Shown in pieces: positions 46,715 to 56,900 of a stretch of 64,000 nucleotides of DNA. This DNA is from an uncultured Chlamydiae bacterium (lineage in GTDB: Bacteria; Chlamydiota; Chlamydiia; Chlamydiales; SM23-39), in NCBI GenBank assembly GCA_963828125.1, contig CAWHDP010000002.1:256539-320538 (forward strand). Reading direction: 5' to 3'. Each line of letters starts with the position of its first letter. Position 1 is the stretch's first letter. The translations under genes were made by a program, and so were the position numbers. The notes beneath the pieces were generated by a model. That model saw nothing but the letters and a program-made list of their open reading frames with translations, did no database searches and had not been told where the DNA came from.

Positions 46715-47445
46715 TCGAGGTGAAAAATGTAACCAAAATCTACAAACTCGACCGTAAAAAACAGATCTTGGCCGTAGACGGCGTCGATTTACAGATCGAA
46801 AAAGGGGAAATAGTTGGCCTTGTCGGCGAATCGGGCTCTGGGAAATCGACGCTTGGCAAAATCGTCTTGGGGTTGATTCCCCCTAGCAGCGGAGAGGTAT
46901 TTTTCGAGGGGAAGAGGAAGACCTGCCTCCTCCCTCGAAGAATACAGATGATCTTCCAAGACCCTTACTCATCCCTCAATCCGCGCATGACGGCTCAATC
47001 GATTATCGCCGAACCGACAACGATCCACGGGCTCAAAAACAGGGTCGATGAATTACTCGAGCTGGTGGGGTTGCCTTTAGATGCAAAGAGGCGCTATCCG
47101 CACGAATTTAGCGGCGGCCAAAGGCAAAGGATCGGCATTGCAAGGGCCCTTGCTCTGAGCCCCGATCTTCTGATTTGCGATGAACCGATTTCAGCATTAG
47201 ACGTCTCCATCCAAGCTCAAATCGCGGGTCTTTTACAGCGACTGCAAAAAGAACTTGGACTCACCATCCTTTTCATCGCTCACGATTTAGCCATGGTTCG
47301 CTACCTATCCACCCGCATAGCGGTGATGCACCAGGGAAAGATCATCGAATGCGGAGACGCAGATGAACTCTTCACCCGCCCGCGCGCGCCGTACACGAAG
47401 GCGTTGCTCGCCTCCATTCCAATGATTTTCTCTACTTCAAACTAG
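46699..47445 (+). CDS. oppF: oligopeptide ABC transporter ATP-binding protein
   Basis: Walker A GESGSGKST, signature FSGGQRQR and Walker B LLICDEPISALD. Confidence 0.85.
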   Translation: MEGSVIEVKNVTKIYKLDRKKQILAVDGVDLQIEKGEIVGLVGESGSGKSTLGKIVLGLIPPSSGEVFFEGKRKTCLLPRRIQMIFQDPYSSLNPRMTAQSIIAEPTTIHGLKNRVDELLELVGLPLDAKRRYPHEFSGGQRQRIGIARALALSPDLLICDEPISALDVSIQAQIAGLLQRLQKELGLTILFIAHDLAMVRYLSTRIAVMHQGKIIECGDADELFTRPRAPYTKALLASIPMIFSTSN

Positions 47446-49000
47446 CGTAGCTAAAGTCGACGGAACCCACGCAATCAAACCTGTATCCGCGCAGCTTCGG
47501 ATTGTGCGCGAACAGAAACTTGTCGCTGCTGATCGGAATAAACGGCATCTGATCTATTAAGATTTCCTCCGCCTCAGACAATAACTTCATCCGGTTATCC
47601 AGGTTGAGCTCATCGTTCGCCATGCCCACTTTCTGTTGATACAGAGCCGATTCCCACTTAGGGAAATTGCGCGTGTCCAAATGGGCCATCCGGTCGAGTA
47701 GCTCCATTGGATCGTGGTAGAACGAGGCCTCAAAGCAGCCGCTGATCTTAAAATCGCCGTTGCTGAGGTTGGTTCTAAGGACATTCCATTCTTGCGGTTC
47801 AAGCTGTACTTGGACGCCGAGCGCCCGTGTCCAGGCGTCTTGGAAGTACTCGGCAAGCTGCTTGCGGCCTGCTTGAGGAGAATAGGTGATCACAAGGGGC
47901 GGAAAGCTCTCTTGGGTCAGACCCAGCTCTTTCAGCCCGGCAGTAAAGAGCCTTTTTGCTTCAGCTATATTGGTTTTGAGCGGATTTTTCGCCTGGATCG
48001 GCAAGAGGGAGAGGGGGAGCGGTTTTTGCAGCGGCTTATTGCCGATGAGTAAATTGCGGACGATCACATCCCGATCGATGGCGAGACTTAACGCTTTCCG
48101 GATCGAGGGGGACGAGAGCGGTCCGTGCTGCGTGTTCAAAAACAGCCAAAAGGATCGATCCATCGGCTTGGAAAGGAGTTCTTTCTTCTCTTCAAGATAG
48201 CGGATCTGTTCGACCGAAAGAGCGCAAAGGGGGACGCCGATCCAATCAAATTGTTTCTGTTCGTAGAGAGAAAAAGCGGTTTGAGGATCTTGGACGATCG
48301 AAACCTCAATCCTCTCTAGCGAGACCTGTTTCTGGTTCCAAAAATAGGGATTTGGTTTCAGTGTCAGCGAGGCGCTCCTCTCCCACTTGTCGAGTTGAAA
48401 GGGGCCGTTGAAAGCTTTCATCGTCCTCTCTGCCGGTTTTTGCAGGGGAGCTGCAATCGGTTGGGCCAAGAGTTCGAGAAAATAGGGCGATGGGCGTCCC
48501 AATTCAACAAAAAGGGTCCCTGCATCAACCGCTTTGACTCCCAGTTCCCCAATCGGCGCCTCCCCTTTTTTCACAGCCGCCGCATTCTTTAACATATAAA
48601 GAAGATCGGGCCGAGGACACAATGAGACAGGAGCGAGAGCCTCCTTCCAGGCCGCCTCATACTGAAATGCGGTCACTGGCGTCCCGTCAGACCAACGGTT
48701 CTCGCGGAGTTTGAACGTATAGCAGAGTCCGCTTGGCGAAACATCGACCGATTTGGCTCCTGCAAGAACGGGTTTTCCTTGCTCATCGATCCGGGTGAGT
48801 CCCTCAAAAAGAGTTTTCCCAATCGATATCCCGCGAAGATAAATCATCAAATCGTGGGGATGTAGAGAAGTTAGGTCTCCTTCTTGGAAATCGATCCGTA
48901 AATGGTTGGGCATATTATCCTCTTTTTGTTTGTTTTGACAGGCAGCGGTGATAAAAATTAAGGACAGGATAAAGTGTTGCAGGTTTTTAATAAAGCTCAT
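47432..49000 (-). CDS. oppA: ABC transporter substrate-binding lipoprotein (family 5, OppA-like)
   Basis: Lipobox-like LIFITAAC. SBP_bac_5 pattern (LTRIDEQGKPVLAGAKSVDVSPSGLCYTFKLRENRWSDGTPVTA). Confidence 0.8.
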   Translation of the reverse strand: MSFIKNLQHFILSLIFITAACQNKQKEDNMPNHLRIDFQEGDLTSLHPHDLMIYLRGISIGKTLFEGLTRIDEQGKPVLAGAKSVDVSPSGLCYTFKLRENRWSDGTPVTAFQYEAAWKEALAPVSLCPRPDLLYMLKNAAAVKKGEAPIGELGVKAVDAGTLFVELGRPSPYFLELLAQPIAAPLQKPAERTMKAFNGPFQLDKWERSASLTLKPNPYFWNQKQVSLERIEVSIVQDPQTAFSLYEQKQFDWIGVPLCALSVEQIRYLEEKKELLSKPMDRSFWLFLNTQHGPLSSPSIRKALSLAIDRDVIVRNLLIGNKPLQKPLPLSLLPIQAKNPLKTNIAEAKRLFTAGLKELGLTQESFPPLVITYSPQAGRKQLAEYFQDAWTRALGVQVQLEPQEWNVLRTNLSNGDFKISGCFEASFYHDPMELLDRMAHLDTRNFPKWESALYQQKVGMANDELNLDNRMKLLSEAEEILIDQMPFIPISSDKFLFAHNPKLRGYRFDCVGSVDFSYASLK

Positions 49001-51767
49001 TTCGCACTCCTTGGCTAAAATCTACGCAGCCTTCCCTATCGAAGGTAGAACATTCTAACCGAGGATGAAGGGCGTAAAGATGCACGTAATTGAATAGGGG
49101 AGCCAGAGGTAAATGTTCGGACAACATTTTTTCCGCTTGGGCTTTTAGTTCGCGCTGCTTGGCGGGATCTGTCTCTTTTTTGGCTGCTTGGACGAGTTCT
49201 CTATAAACCAAATGAGACCATTGGGAAAAGTTCCAGGAATTATTCCCTTCAAATCTCTCCAAATAGGGGATGGAGTGTTCGTCCATTGTGTCTTGGATTG
49301 TTCCGCAGATTTCAAAGTTCCTCTTCTCCAAATGGCTCCGGAATTGGTTCCAGGGCTCTTTTTTCAGGATGATTTTGACGCCGAGGGTTTTTTCCCAAGT
49401 CTTTTGCAGATAGGCGGCGAGCTCGTCTCGCCGTGTTTGGTTGGAGTAGCTAAAAGTGAGTGTGGGGAAGTTTTCTGGGGTGAGTTTGAGTTGGCGGAGC
49501 CCCTCTTCAAAAAAGGCGATTGCAAACTCTTGCGAATAGACGGCCGGAGTGAGGGGGATGCTATGCGGAAAAATCTCGCGGCAAATGAGAGTGCGGTCGA
49601 TCGAGAGGCTCAGCGCTTGCCGGATCGGCGTCGAGGATAAAATGGGGTGCTGAGTATTGAAGTGGAGTGAAAACCGCCGAGGGACCGCTTTGGTCCGGAG
49701 CCGATTCTCTTTCTCTAGTTCGCGGATTTGCGCAACAGAGAGGATCGTGAGAGGATCTCCAATCCAATCGATTTTCCCCTGTTTAAACAGATTGTAAATT
49801 TCGTCAATGTCGTCTTTCCACTGAATCTCTACATGATCGAAGCCTTTTTCTTGGACTTTCCAAAAATAGGGGTTCCGATCTAATTTGAGCCCTGTTTTCT
49901 TGAGATCTTGAACGAGGTAGGGGCCATTGAACCATTTGGGTTCTCTATGCGTGCCAAACAGGGGAAAAAAAAAGGGCTGAGAGAGTTTGTGGAGAAAATG
50001 GGGATCCGGTTCTTCAAGTTGGATTTGGAGAGTATCTGGATCGAGCACTTGGATTCCTACCTCATCGATCGGGACTTTTTTTTCTCTGAATTTACGGGCG
50101 TTTTTCAGAGAAAAAAGGAGTTCCGGGTGGCTCACGAAATCTTCCAGGGCCCATTTCCAGCTATCGGCGTAGTCGACGGCGGTCACTTTTTCTCCGTTAG
50201 ACCAGGAGGTTTTTTTGAGCCGGAAGACGTAGGTCAGCCCGTCATCGGATTTTTGCGCGAGGAGAGCCCCAGCCAGCTCCGGCTCTCCCTCTTGATTGAG
50301 CCGGGTGAGCCCCTCGAAGAGGAGTTTATTGAGGAGGCGGCATCGCATATCGCCTGAGGAATAGTGGGGATTTAAAGAGGGGGGGGAGCCTTCTTGAAAA
50401 ATTAAATGGAGGGTATTCTCCTCTACCGCTGGATTTTCCAGGAGATCCTGGATTTGCCGAGTCACCTGGCCGGAAAAACATTCGTAGTGAAAATTGCCGA
50501 TGGTCAGCTGGGCGTAGGCGCCCAACGACCCCTCTTTTTGGACTCCGCGTAGAAAGTCGACCCTATTTTCGGTTTTGACAACGGTGAACAGGGCTGAACG
50601 GGTCGATTTGGCAATATGGGGCCTCTGATCGGAGATGAGATCGGCGAAGACTTGAAAGAGTTCTTCGACCCCTTCCATCGGGAGGGAGAGCCACCGTTCG
50701 AATGGATGGAGGGCGTAAAACACTTTTTCAGCGAACAGATCGAAGTAGGGGATCTTGGATCCCAGTACCAGTCGAACAGATTCGAAATGATCTTGCTGTT
50801 TTTCGAAGAGTCCGCCATTGAAGTCCCGAAAGGGGCCGAGGATCGTCTCTAGCTGCTTGGCTAGATACCGCCTGGCATAAATCAAGTTGATCGAATCGCG
50901 TACATCGAAGAGCTGGGAATGGAGTTTAATGGAAAAGGCTTCAATCTCGATTAAAAACGGGTGTTTGACGACATGATGCGAATAGCGGAAAAAATAGAGG
51001 GATTCAGGTAGTTTTTCAAGGGGAACCGGATGCGCCCCTTTTGGGCGAACCATGTGGATCAAAAATTCGAGCGAAGAGGCGGTCTGTTCTTGGAAATGGA
51101 TGGAGATATGCGGAATGTCTTTCTTGTCGGTCATCTCTCTCAATAGAAGTTGAATTTGGCGATGCGACTCTTCTTTATTGTAGGGCCAGAAAATAGCGGG
51201 CGTTAAAGGGGCGCTGGCGAGTATCTGCTTTCCCAATGTTTTTTCAACGGCGGCCAATTGCCCGTTTGAAAGTTCTTTCCCTCTCAGTTTATCCACCTCA
51301 ATATAGGAAAAAAAATAGGGAATGTCAGCAGAGTGCCAAAGGTAAAACGATTTGGGCACTTCGGAGATGCCGGGAAGGAGGGCGTCGAGCGTCTTCAGCA
51401 GGTGTTCTTTCCGAAAGGCGGAGGAAGAGGAGTAGACGAGAGCTGCGCAAATACGGGAGGGGGCTCGGAATAGTTTGAGGAATAGTTGGTTGGGCGAGCC
51501 GTTCTCTTTTTGGAGAGCTCTTTCAATCCGTTTTTGTAGAAAAAATTGGACGCATAATATTTTCCTAAGGTGTGCGAGGGAGCGGGTAGCGAGAAAGTCG
51601 CTCGGACAACTGACAACGAACTGTTCATAGCTTCGATAGAGAGTCCGATTAAAGAGACGGGGAAAGCGGAAGGCGGCTTTGAGTGCGTCTGCCCTGAGCG
51701 CGGAGCGGGGTGTTTGATCGAGAAAAAGGAGATCTGGAAGGGGGAAGTTTTCCTGTTCGCGAAGCAT
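48987..51767 (-). CDS. OppA-like family-5 substrate-binding domain preceded by an N-terminal region of about 440 aa of unknown function
   Basis: The C-terminal half is colinear with the adjacent OppA (LTRLNQEGEPELAGALLAQKSDDGLTYVFRLKKTSWSNGEKVTA...). The N-terminal half has no recognisable family and no obvious signal peptide. Confidence 0.65.
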   Translation of the reverse strand: MLREQENFPLPDLLFLDQTPRSALRADALKAAFRFPRLFNRTLYRSYEQFVVSCPSDFLATRSLAHLRKILCVQFFLQKRIERALQKENGSPNQLFLKLFRAPSRICAALVYSSSSAFRKEHLLKTLDALLPGISEVPKSFYLWHSADIPYFFSYIEVDKLRGKELSNGQLAAVEKTLGKQILASAPLTPAIFWPYNKEESHRQIQLLLREMTDKKDIPHISIHFQEQTASSLEFLIHMVRPKGAHPVPLEKLPESLYFFRYSHHVVKHPFLIEIEAFSIKLHSQLFDVRDSINLIYARRYLAKQLETILGPFRDFNGGLFEKQQDHFESVRLVLGSKIPYFDLFAEKVFYALHPFERWLSLPMEGVEELFQVFADLISDQRPHIAKSTRSALFTVVKTENRVDFLRGVQKEGSLGAYAQLTIGNFHYECFSGQVTRQIQDLLENPAVEENTLHLIFQEGSPPSLNPHYSSGDMRCRLLNKLLFEGLTRLNQEGEPELAGALLAQKSDDGLTYVFRLKKTSWSNGEKVTAVDYADSWKWALEDFVSHPELLFSLKNARKFREKKVPIDEVGIQVLDPDTLQIQLEEPDPHFLHKLSQPFFFPLFGTHREPKWFNGPYLVQDLKKTGLKLDRNPYFWKVQEKGFDHVEIQWKDDIDEIYNLFKQGKIDWIGDPLTILSVAQIRELEKENRLRTKAVPRRFSLHFNTQHPILSSTPIRQALSLSIDRTLICREIFPHSIPLTPAVYSQEFAIAFFEEGLRQLKLTPENFPTLTFSYSNQTRRDELAAYLQKTWEKTLGVKIILKKEPWNQFRSHLEKRNFEICGTIQDTMDEHSIPYLERFEGNNSWNFSQWSHLVYRELVQAAKKETDPAKQRELKAQAEKMLSEHLPLAPLFNYVHLYALHPRLECSTFDREGCVDFSQGVRNELY

Positions 51768-51835
51768 AGGAACCTTTAGCGTTTGGTAAAGAAAATTCTA
51801 AGAAGAGGCAGATTGTAGCATAAAGGAATTTAAAA

Positions 51836-52672
51836 TCAAGCGGGCTTTGATAGAGCTGCCGCTTTCTGAAACCAAAACGGGGCGTAGAGCTTATCCCGCG
51901 GCCATGTCTGGCAGCTCAATTCCCGATACTTTTCTTGCAGGAATTCATCCGTCGCCTCACGCCAATCCTCCACGATGACAACGGGGAGTCCTTCGTAGAG
52001 GGGGTTAAGGCGGCTGCTTTTGACAATCGGGTAGCACCCCATCAAAAGCGCCTCCCACGTCCGGTGGCAATCGGCGCCATTTCCCGGCGGACTGACTATA
52101 AAGACCGATTCAGAGAGATCTTTTACATATTCGGCAAAGGATTTTCGCTTGACAAAGGGGACGCCGATGGACTGAAAATGTCTTGTGCAATCGAGCCTGT
52201 TTGGCAACACCAAATAATTGAGATAACAAAAAATCGATCTCGTTTTTTTCAAAGGCATGTCGAATAAATCGGTATTCCCGTGTTCCCAACACTTGTTTGC
52301 AATCCCGATCGGGATCGGGATCAATTTTTCCGATGGGGCCCGGTCGATATTCTGCACAAACCAGGCAATGATTTTCGGATCATCGAGAAGAAAAGCGAAA
52401 GGACCTGGCATCGGGTGGTCGGCGCCGTTGCCATAGTTGGCGGTCACTAAAACGATCTCGCCTTGGATCCGAGGAAGGATTCTCTTTGCGAAGTCGTTCA
52501 GGCAATTGTAATCGACAAAAACGGCGTCGCCAGTCTTCACCTGTTCGGCGTTGAAGCGGACAGGGCCGCTCCCATAATCTCTATTGAGCATTTTCCAGTT
52601 GCAGAATGAGACCCAGGTGTATCCAGAGAGGTAGGGGAAGCTGGTTTCTCCTTGGAAAGAGAACGGGTTCAT
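51836..52672 (-). CDS. putative glycosyltransferase, exostosin (GT47)-like C-terminal motif
   Basis: FIVSPPGNGADCHRTWEALLMGCYPIV resembles the conserved exostosin-family block. Overlaps the next gene by 4 nt. Confidence 0.4.
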   Translation of the reverse strand: MNPFSFQGETSFPYLSGYTWVSFCNWKMLNRDYGSGPVRFNAEQVKTGDAVFVDYNCLNDFAKRILPRIQGEIVLVTANYGNGADHPMPGPFAFLLDDPKIIAWFVQNIDRAPSEKLIPIPIGIANKCWEHGNTDLFDMPLKKTRSIFCYLNYLVLPNRLDCTRHFQSIGVPFVKRKSFAEYVKDLSESVFIVSPPGNGADCHRTWEALLMGCYPIVKSSRLNPLYEGLPVVIVEDWREATDEFLQEKYRELSCQTWPRDKLYAPFWFQKAAALSKPA

Positions 52673-53640
52673 TTTTGCAAATCCTTTATTTTCGATAAGA
52701 TACTCTCTTTAGAGAGCGAGCTGACGCCGACGTTGGCGTCGCCATAGGCCCCGAGCCGGTAAGCCTCGTCCCGATCGATGATCCCTTTATCTGGCAGGAC
52801 GGCTGTATAATCCAGCCCCCTCATCTCGGCAAACAGGCGGTAATCCAGTGCGTGAAAGCCGGGTGGGAAAAGTTCGATGACGGCAGAGTCTCTGGGCAAA
52901 AATAGGCTGTGGCTCAGTCCGTTGCCATGGACGCCGATCAGCACATCGGTATTTCGGATGATTTGGAGCTGCTCTTGGAACGTGAGTTTTGCAAAATCGA
53001 CCGTTTGCAAAGAGACCGATTTTACACTTTGCAGCGAGGAGAAGATTTGTTTTTCCAGGGTTGGATGCAAGGTGCGGGGAGGAGGTCTTTGCACATAGGT
53101 TACGCGGAGAGTGGTTGTGGGGTGTTTTTGAGTCGCTGCATAGGTATGCACCCGATCGGCCAAACGGTCCAAAGAGTCCTTGGAAATAGAATGTCTGGCA
53201 AGCCCTAGCATTTTGTTGATTTTTTTACACTCCTTTAACAGGAATGTGGGGGTTCTATCTGATGTGAGGGCTTTTTCAAAACAAAGGATTGGGTCTGGAA
53301 AACTTTGCCGCAATTGGATCCATGTTTTGACTGCTGCCTTTGGAAATAGCGCTTGCAAGAGATGTTTATTGATGTCGTTAGGCCCTTGCCAGGGAACATC
53401 GTTAGAGAGGATAATGAACCGGACGTTTTCGGAATGGGAATCCCCATAGAAGGCCCAATGTCCTACTATATGTTCGAGAAGATGGAAAAAATGGGTGAGA
53501 AAATAACTCGTCCTTTTGGGCTCCAACAAAAAAAGGGTGCATCCGTCGATCTGCTGTGCTTTGTGGAGAGGCGGCTCAATGAGAAATTGAGATGACTGGG
53601 TGTCAAAATATAGTTTATCAAAGATGCGAAATGGGATCAT
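52669..53640 (-). CDS. glycosyltransferase family 61 (DUF563)-like protein
   Basis: VLIGVHGNGLSHSLFLPRDSAVIELFPPG matches the hallmark GT61/DUF563 block (HGAGLTN...EL.P). Confidence 0.6.
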   Translation of the reverse strand: MIPFRIFDKLYFDTQSSQFLIEPPLHKAQQIDGCTLFLLEPKRTSYFLTHFFHLLEHIVGHWAFYGDSHSENVRFIILSNDVPWQGPNDINKHLLQALFPKAAVKTWIQLRQSFPDPILCFEKALTSDRTPTFLLKECKKINKMLGLARHSISKDSLDRLADRVHTYAATQKHPTTTLRVTYVQRPPPRTLHPTLEKQIFSSLQSVKSVSLQTVDFAKLTFQEQLQIIRNTDVLIGVHGNGLSHSLFLPRDSAVIELFPPGFHALDYRLFAEMRGLDYTAVLPDKGIIDRDEAYRLGAYGDANVGVSSLSKESILSKIKDLQK

Positions 53641-53667
53641 AGCTTTGTCTGTTCACTGTGTTCTAAG

Positions 53668-53822
53668 CCGGACATTGGCCGTTTGCCGGCGTTGCGCGCC
53701 TTGGATATTCGCCCTGCAGTAGAGCCAATTTTATTTAGAGCGGTTTTTTTTACCCACTAAATAAAATTGGCTCGTTGCGGAGCGCTGCCCAAATTCACCC
53801 TTTTGGGGTGGCCGCAAGTATA
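53668..53822. repeat. composite of three palindromic elements in the divergent intergenic region
   Basis: 53668-53719 resembles one arm plus spacer of the 17956-18033 repeat (22/29 over the arm by hand alignment). 53722-53773 is a perfect 17-bp-arm hairpin (GAGCCAATTTTATTTAG/CTAAATAAAATTGGCTC). 53788-53822 is a degenerate copy of the 15313-15360 palindrome. Confidence 0.7.
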
Positions 53823-53974
53823 ACACGACAATCAAGAAAATAATCCCGAAAACCTCCTCCCATCTTCTTCTTCCGACATTGCGGATAGGCTCATCGGTCA
53901 ACCCAGCATTTCATCTTGTTTTTTTAGTTATTTGTGATATATAATACGATATAATTATATTTATAGGTTAATTA

Positions 53975-56900
53975 ATGAATTTAGTAAAAAGTTTTATATA
54001 TAATTATCTAACCACCCCAGCCACTGGGAATCCCCCTCTCTCCGACGGGTTAATCAACCATCCCCGATGTACAGAAAACGAGAGCATACAAGCCGTTGAC
54101 AATCAAAAGCTTGCTAAAGATCTGGCCCATGCAACGATGAGAAAAGGGCGTAGGCACAGGGGCGAGGTTGAACGATTTTGTGAGAAAGTCGCTTGGCTCG
54201 CTGAGCATGTGAAAAAAGGGGAGGCGATCGCCCAGTCCCATTTTGATGGGATCCGAGCCCGCCTCGCGAAAGCTCGGAAAAATCCTCTGTGCAGGGACCT
54301 CCGGCCGAAAATTGATGGGGCGCAAAGGAGCCTTGAAAAGGCGCAAGAGGAGGGGATTCGGCGCTGTCTGGATAAAAGAGAAAACCCTTTTGATCCCAAA
54401 GAGATCTCTTTGGAGCCAGCCAATCCTCAAAAAAGCGTTCTGAGTACGGTTCTCCACGTTTTGAATTTTCAAGGGTCATTCTGGGGTTCGTCTAAGGTTT
54501 ATGCAGGGAGAGAAGAGGAGGCTCCGCAAAAGGCGGCCCAGAGTTTTGCCAAAGGGGTCTCTGCTGCGGTGGCGTTGTCGAACGTCTCTCCGCCTCAACC
54601 TTCGGAGTTCCAAGCGGAGAGGCCGGAGTGCGTCCCTTTGAAAACACTGGAAAAAGAGCTGAGGGAAGCGCTGAAGGGGAAGCACGAATCGATTGCCGGA
54701 CCGGAGGAGAGCTTACGGACATATGGGAACAAACACCTCAACCTTGTGAAGATGGAGCGGGCGGACCAGTTTCTCCGTTTGCCAAATCTCGAAATACCGG
54801 CGCCAAAAGGGATCCAGAGCGAAGAGGTGCATGCTTTTTTAAGAAAAATGGCCCCTGAGGTCTTTGAGCGATGGAAGGCGCTAAAGGGTCTTTCTCTCAA
54901 CACGAAAGAGGCGGAAGAACATCTCCAAGCGATTCAAGAGGCCGTCGGGCGGGCGTTTGCCAGTCCGGAGACCTCGTCGATGCTCGGGCCCGAATATTTG
55001 GATTGGCTCAAACAGCTGAAGGAAAAGGGGGCTTATCTCATGGTCCGCAGTACGGGCGCTGAAGACTCTAAGGAGTCGGCCAACGCGGGGGGCAATGTGA
55101 GCCGGGCCTACGTGGCGCCCGATATGGCTGTGTTCATGCAGGCAGTGGGGGATGTCGTCCAATCGTACTTTCGCAAAGATTCCTTGCAAAACAGGATCAA
55201 TGCCAATACCAATCCCTTCGATGAGCCTCTTCAACTCTCTGTGACTGCGCAAGAGTTGATCGGCGAGGCCATAGGGGGAGCGGAGTCCCCTCAGGATATT
55301 CCGGTCTCTTTTGTCGCTTTTACGAATGAGCCCCTTTATGTGGGAAGTGAAAAATTCCGGGCGATGCGGATCAGTTTGACCTACGGCCATGGAGAGGGGG
55401 TCGTCGGCGGAGTGGGCATTCCGACAGATTCCGTTTTAGTATTGCACTCTGAAGCCCATCCAGATCAGCTCTATTTCGTCTACGACAATCAGCTCAAAAG
55501 GGAACGGCTTGCGCCGCAAGAGAGGGAGGGGATGGCCGTTTTGGAAAAAACAGCAAATCCCGAATCTCTCATGGCTCAACCGGCTCTCAACCCCAAACAA
55601 CTGGCAAAGCTATACTCCTCTCTGGTTTCCATGGAGGCCTTCTTCGAAGGCCATCCGACAGACGTCGAAGGGGTCTTCAAGAAAGGGATTTTCTATTTTG
55701 TTCAAGCAAGGCCTGTGAACCGAAAACCGCTTTTACCCACTTACTTGAAGGGAACCGAGGGCATTGTCATAAGCATTCAGGGGAAGACAATCGTCCCTGG
55801 CAGGGCGTCGGTTGTGATAGCGACAGATCGGGATACCGTTCGTATAGAAACGACCTTGCTGGAGGCATTGAAGAAGTATCAGGCGGGCGTCCATCAGTTG
55901 GTGATCGTAGAACAAGAAGAGCCGCAGAATTCCCACCCCGTCGTCAATTTTAGCGGTCTTGCCGTGCCGTGTCTTTATGTGAAGGAGAAAAGCGCTGTAG
56001 AGGCGCTGATGAATAGAGTGGACGCCGCGCATCCTCTAGCCGTCTGCATGCAGACGGGAAAGGCGTCCCTTTGGGACTCCGCAAAAGCGCCCCTTGAGGG
56101 ACAAATCGCCCTAGGGTTTGCCGTCCACCCTGCGCAAATAGCCGTCTCTTTGGACGTAGACAATAACGGGGCGAGGAGTGTCGCCGCAGTCCCTGACGAC
56201 TTAAGCGCATTACTGATTCAGATCCGAGAGACGCCGAAAAATATCGAGCAGGTGATGGACCATCAGCTCATGAAAGATCTCAGAGAGAACATCAAAACCA
56301 TCGAAGACGAATGGCGGAAGCTGCCCGGCAAAGGAGAGCAGATCCGGAAAATACTGAACATCCTCCAAGCGCTCGATCAAAAAATTAAAGGGGCGGTTGA
56401 GGAGGCGAGAGCGCCGACAGAGCGGCTCCAAAAACTGCTGCATCTGAAAATTTTGGAGACGCTTTTAGTGGGTTCCGGAACAGAAAACGGAGTCGGGCAA
56501 TACAACCTGATGCAGGCTGGAGCGCTTGCCGAAGAGGCTTTTGAGCTCATCGCCTTCCAAAAACAGTTTTCCCATCCAGTCCGCTCGGGAGAACTTCTGA
56601 TCGGAGGAAAAAGAGCAGGCTCTGAGGAGTCTTATGCAGCTTGGAAGGTTTTCTTGAGAGATATAGAAGGACTTGTACGAAGCAAAAAGATCGCCAAAGG
56701 CGAATTTGCCCGTTTTGCTGAACTCGTCTCTTTGTTTGATCAGACCGGCTCTCTTCCCTACTGGCTCACTTTCCTTCCTCAAGGGGAAAATGCACTGGAG
56801 AGATTCCAAAATATTTTAAAAGAAAACACGGTAGAGGCGCAAGCTACAGCCAAAAATCTACTCGGCAAACAGCAACACATCCGGCAGATGAAAGGGCAGT

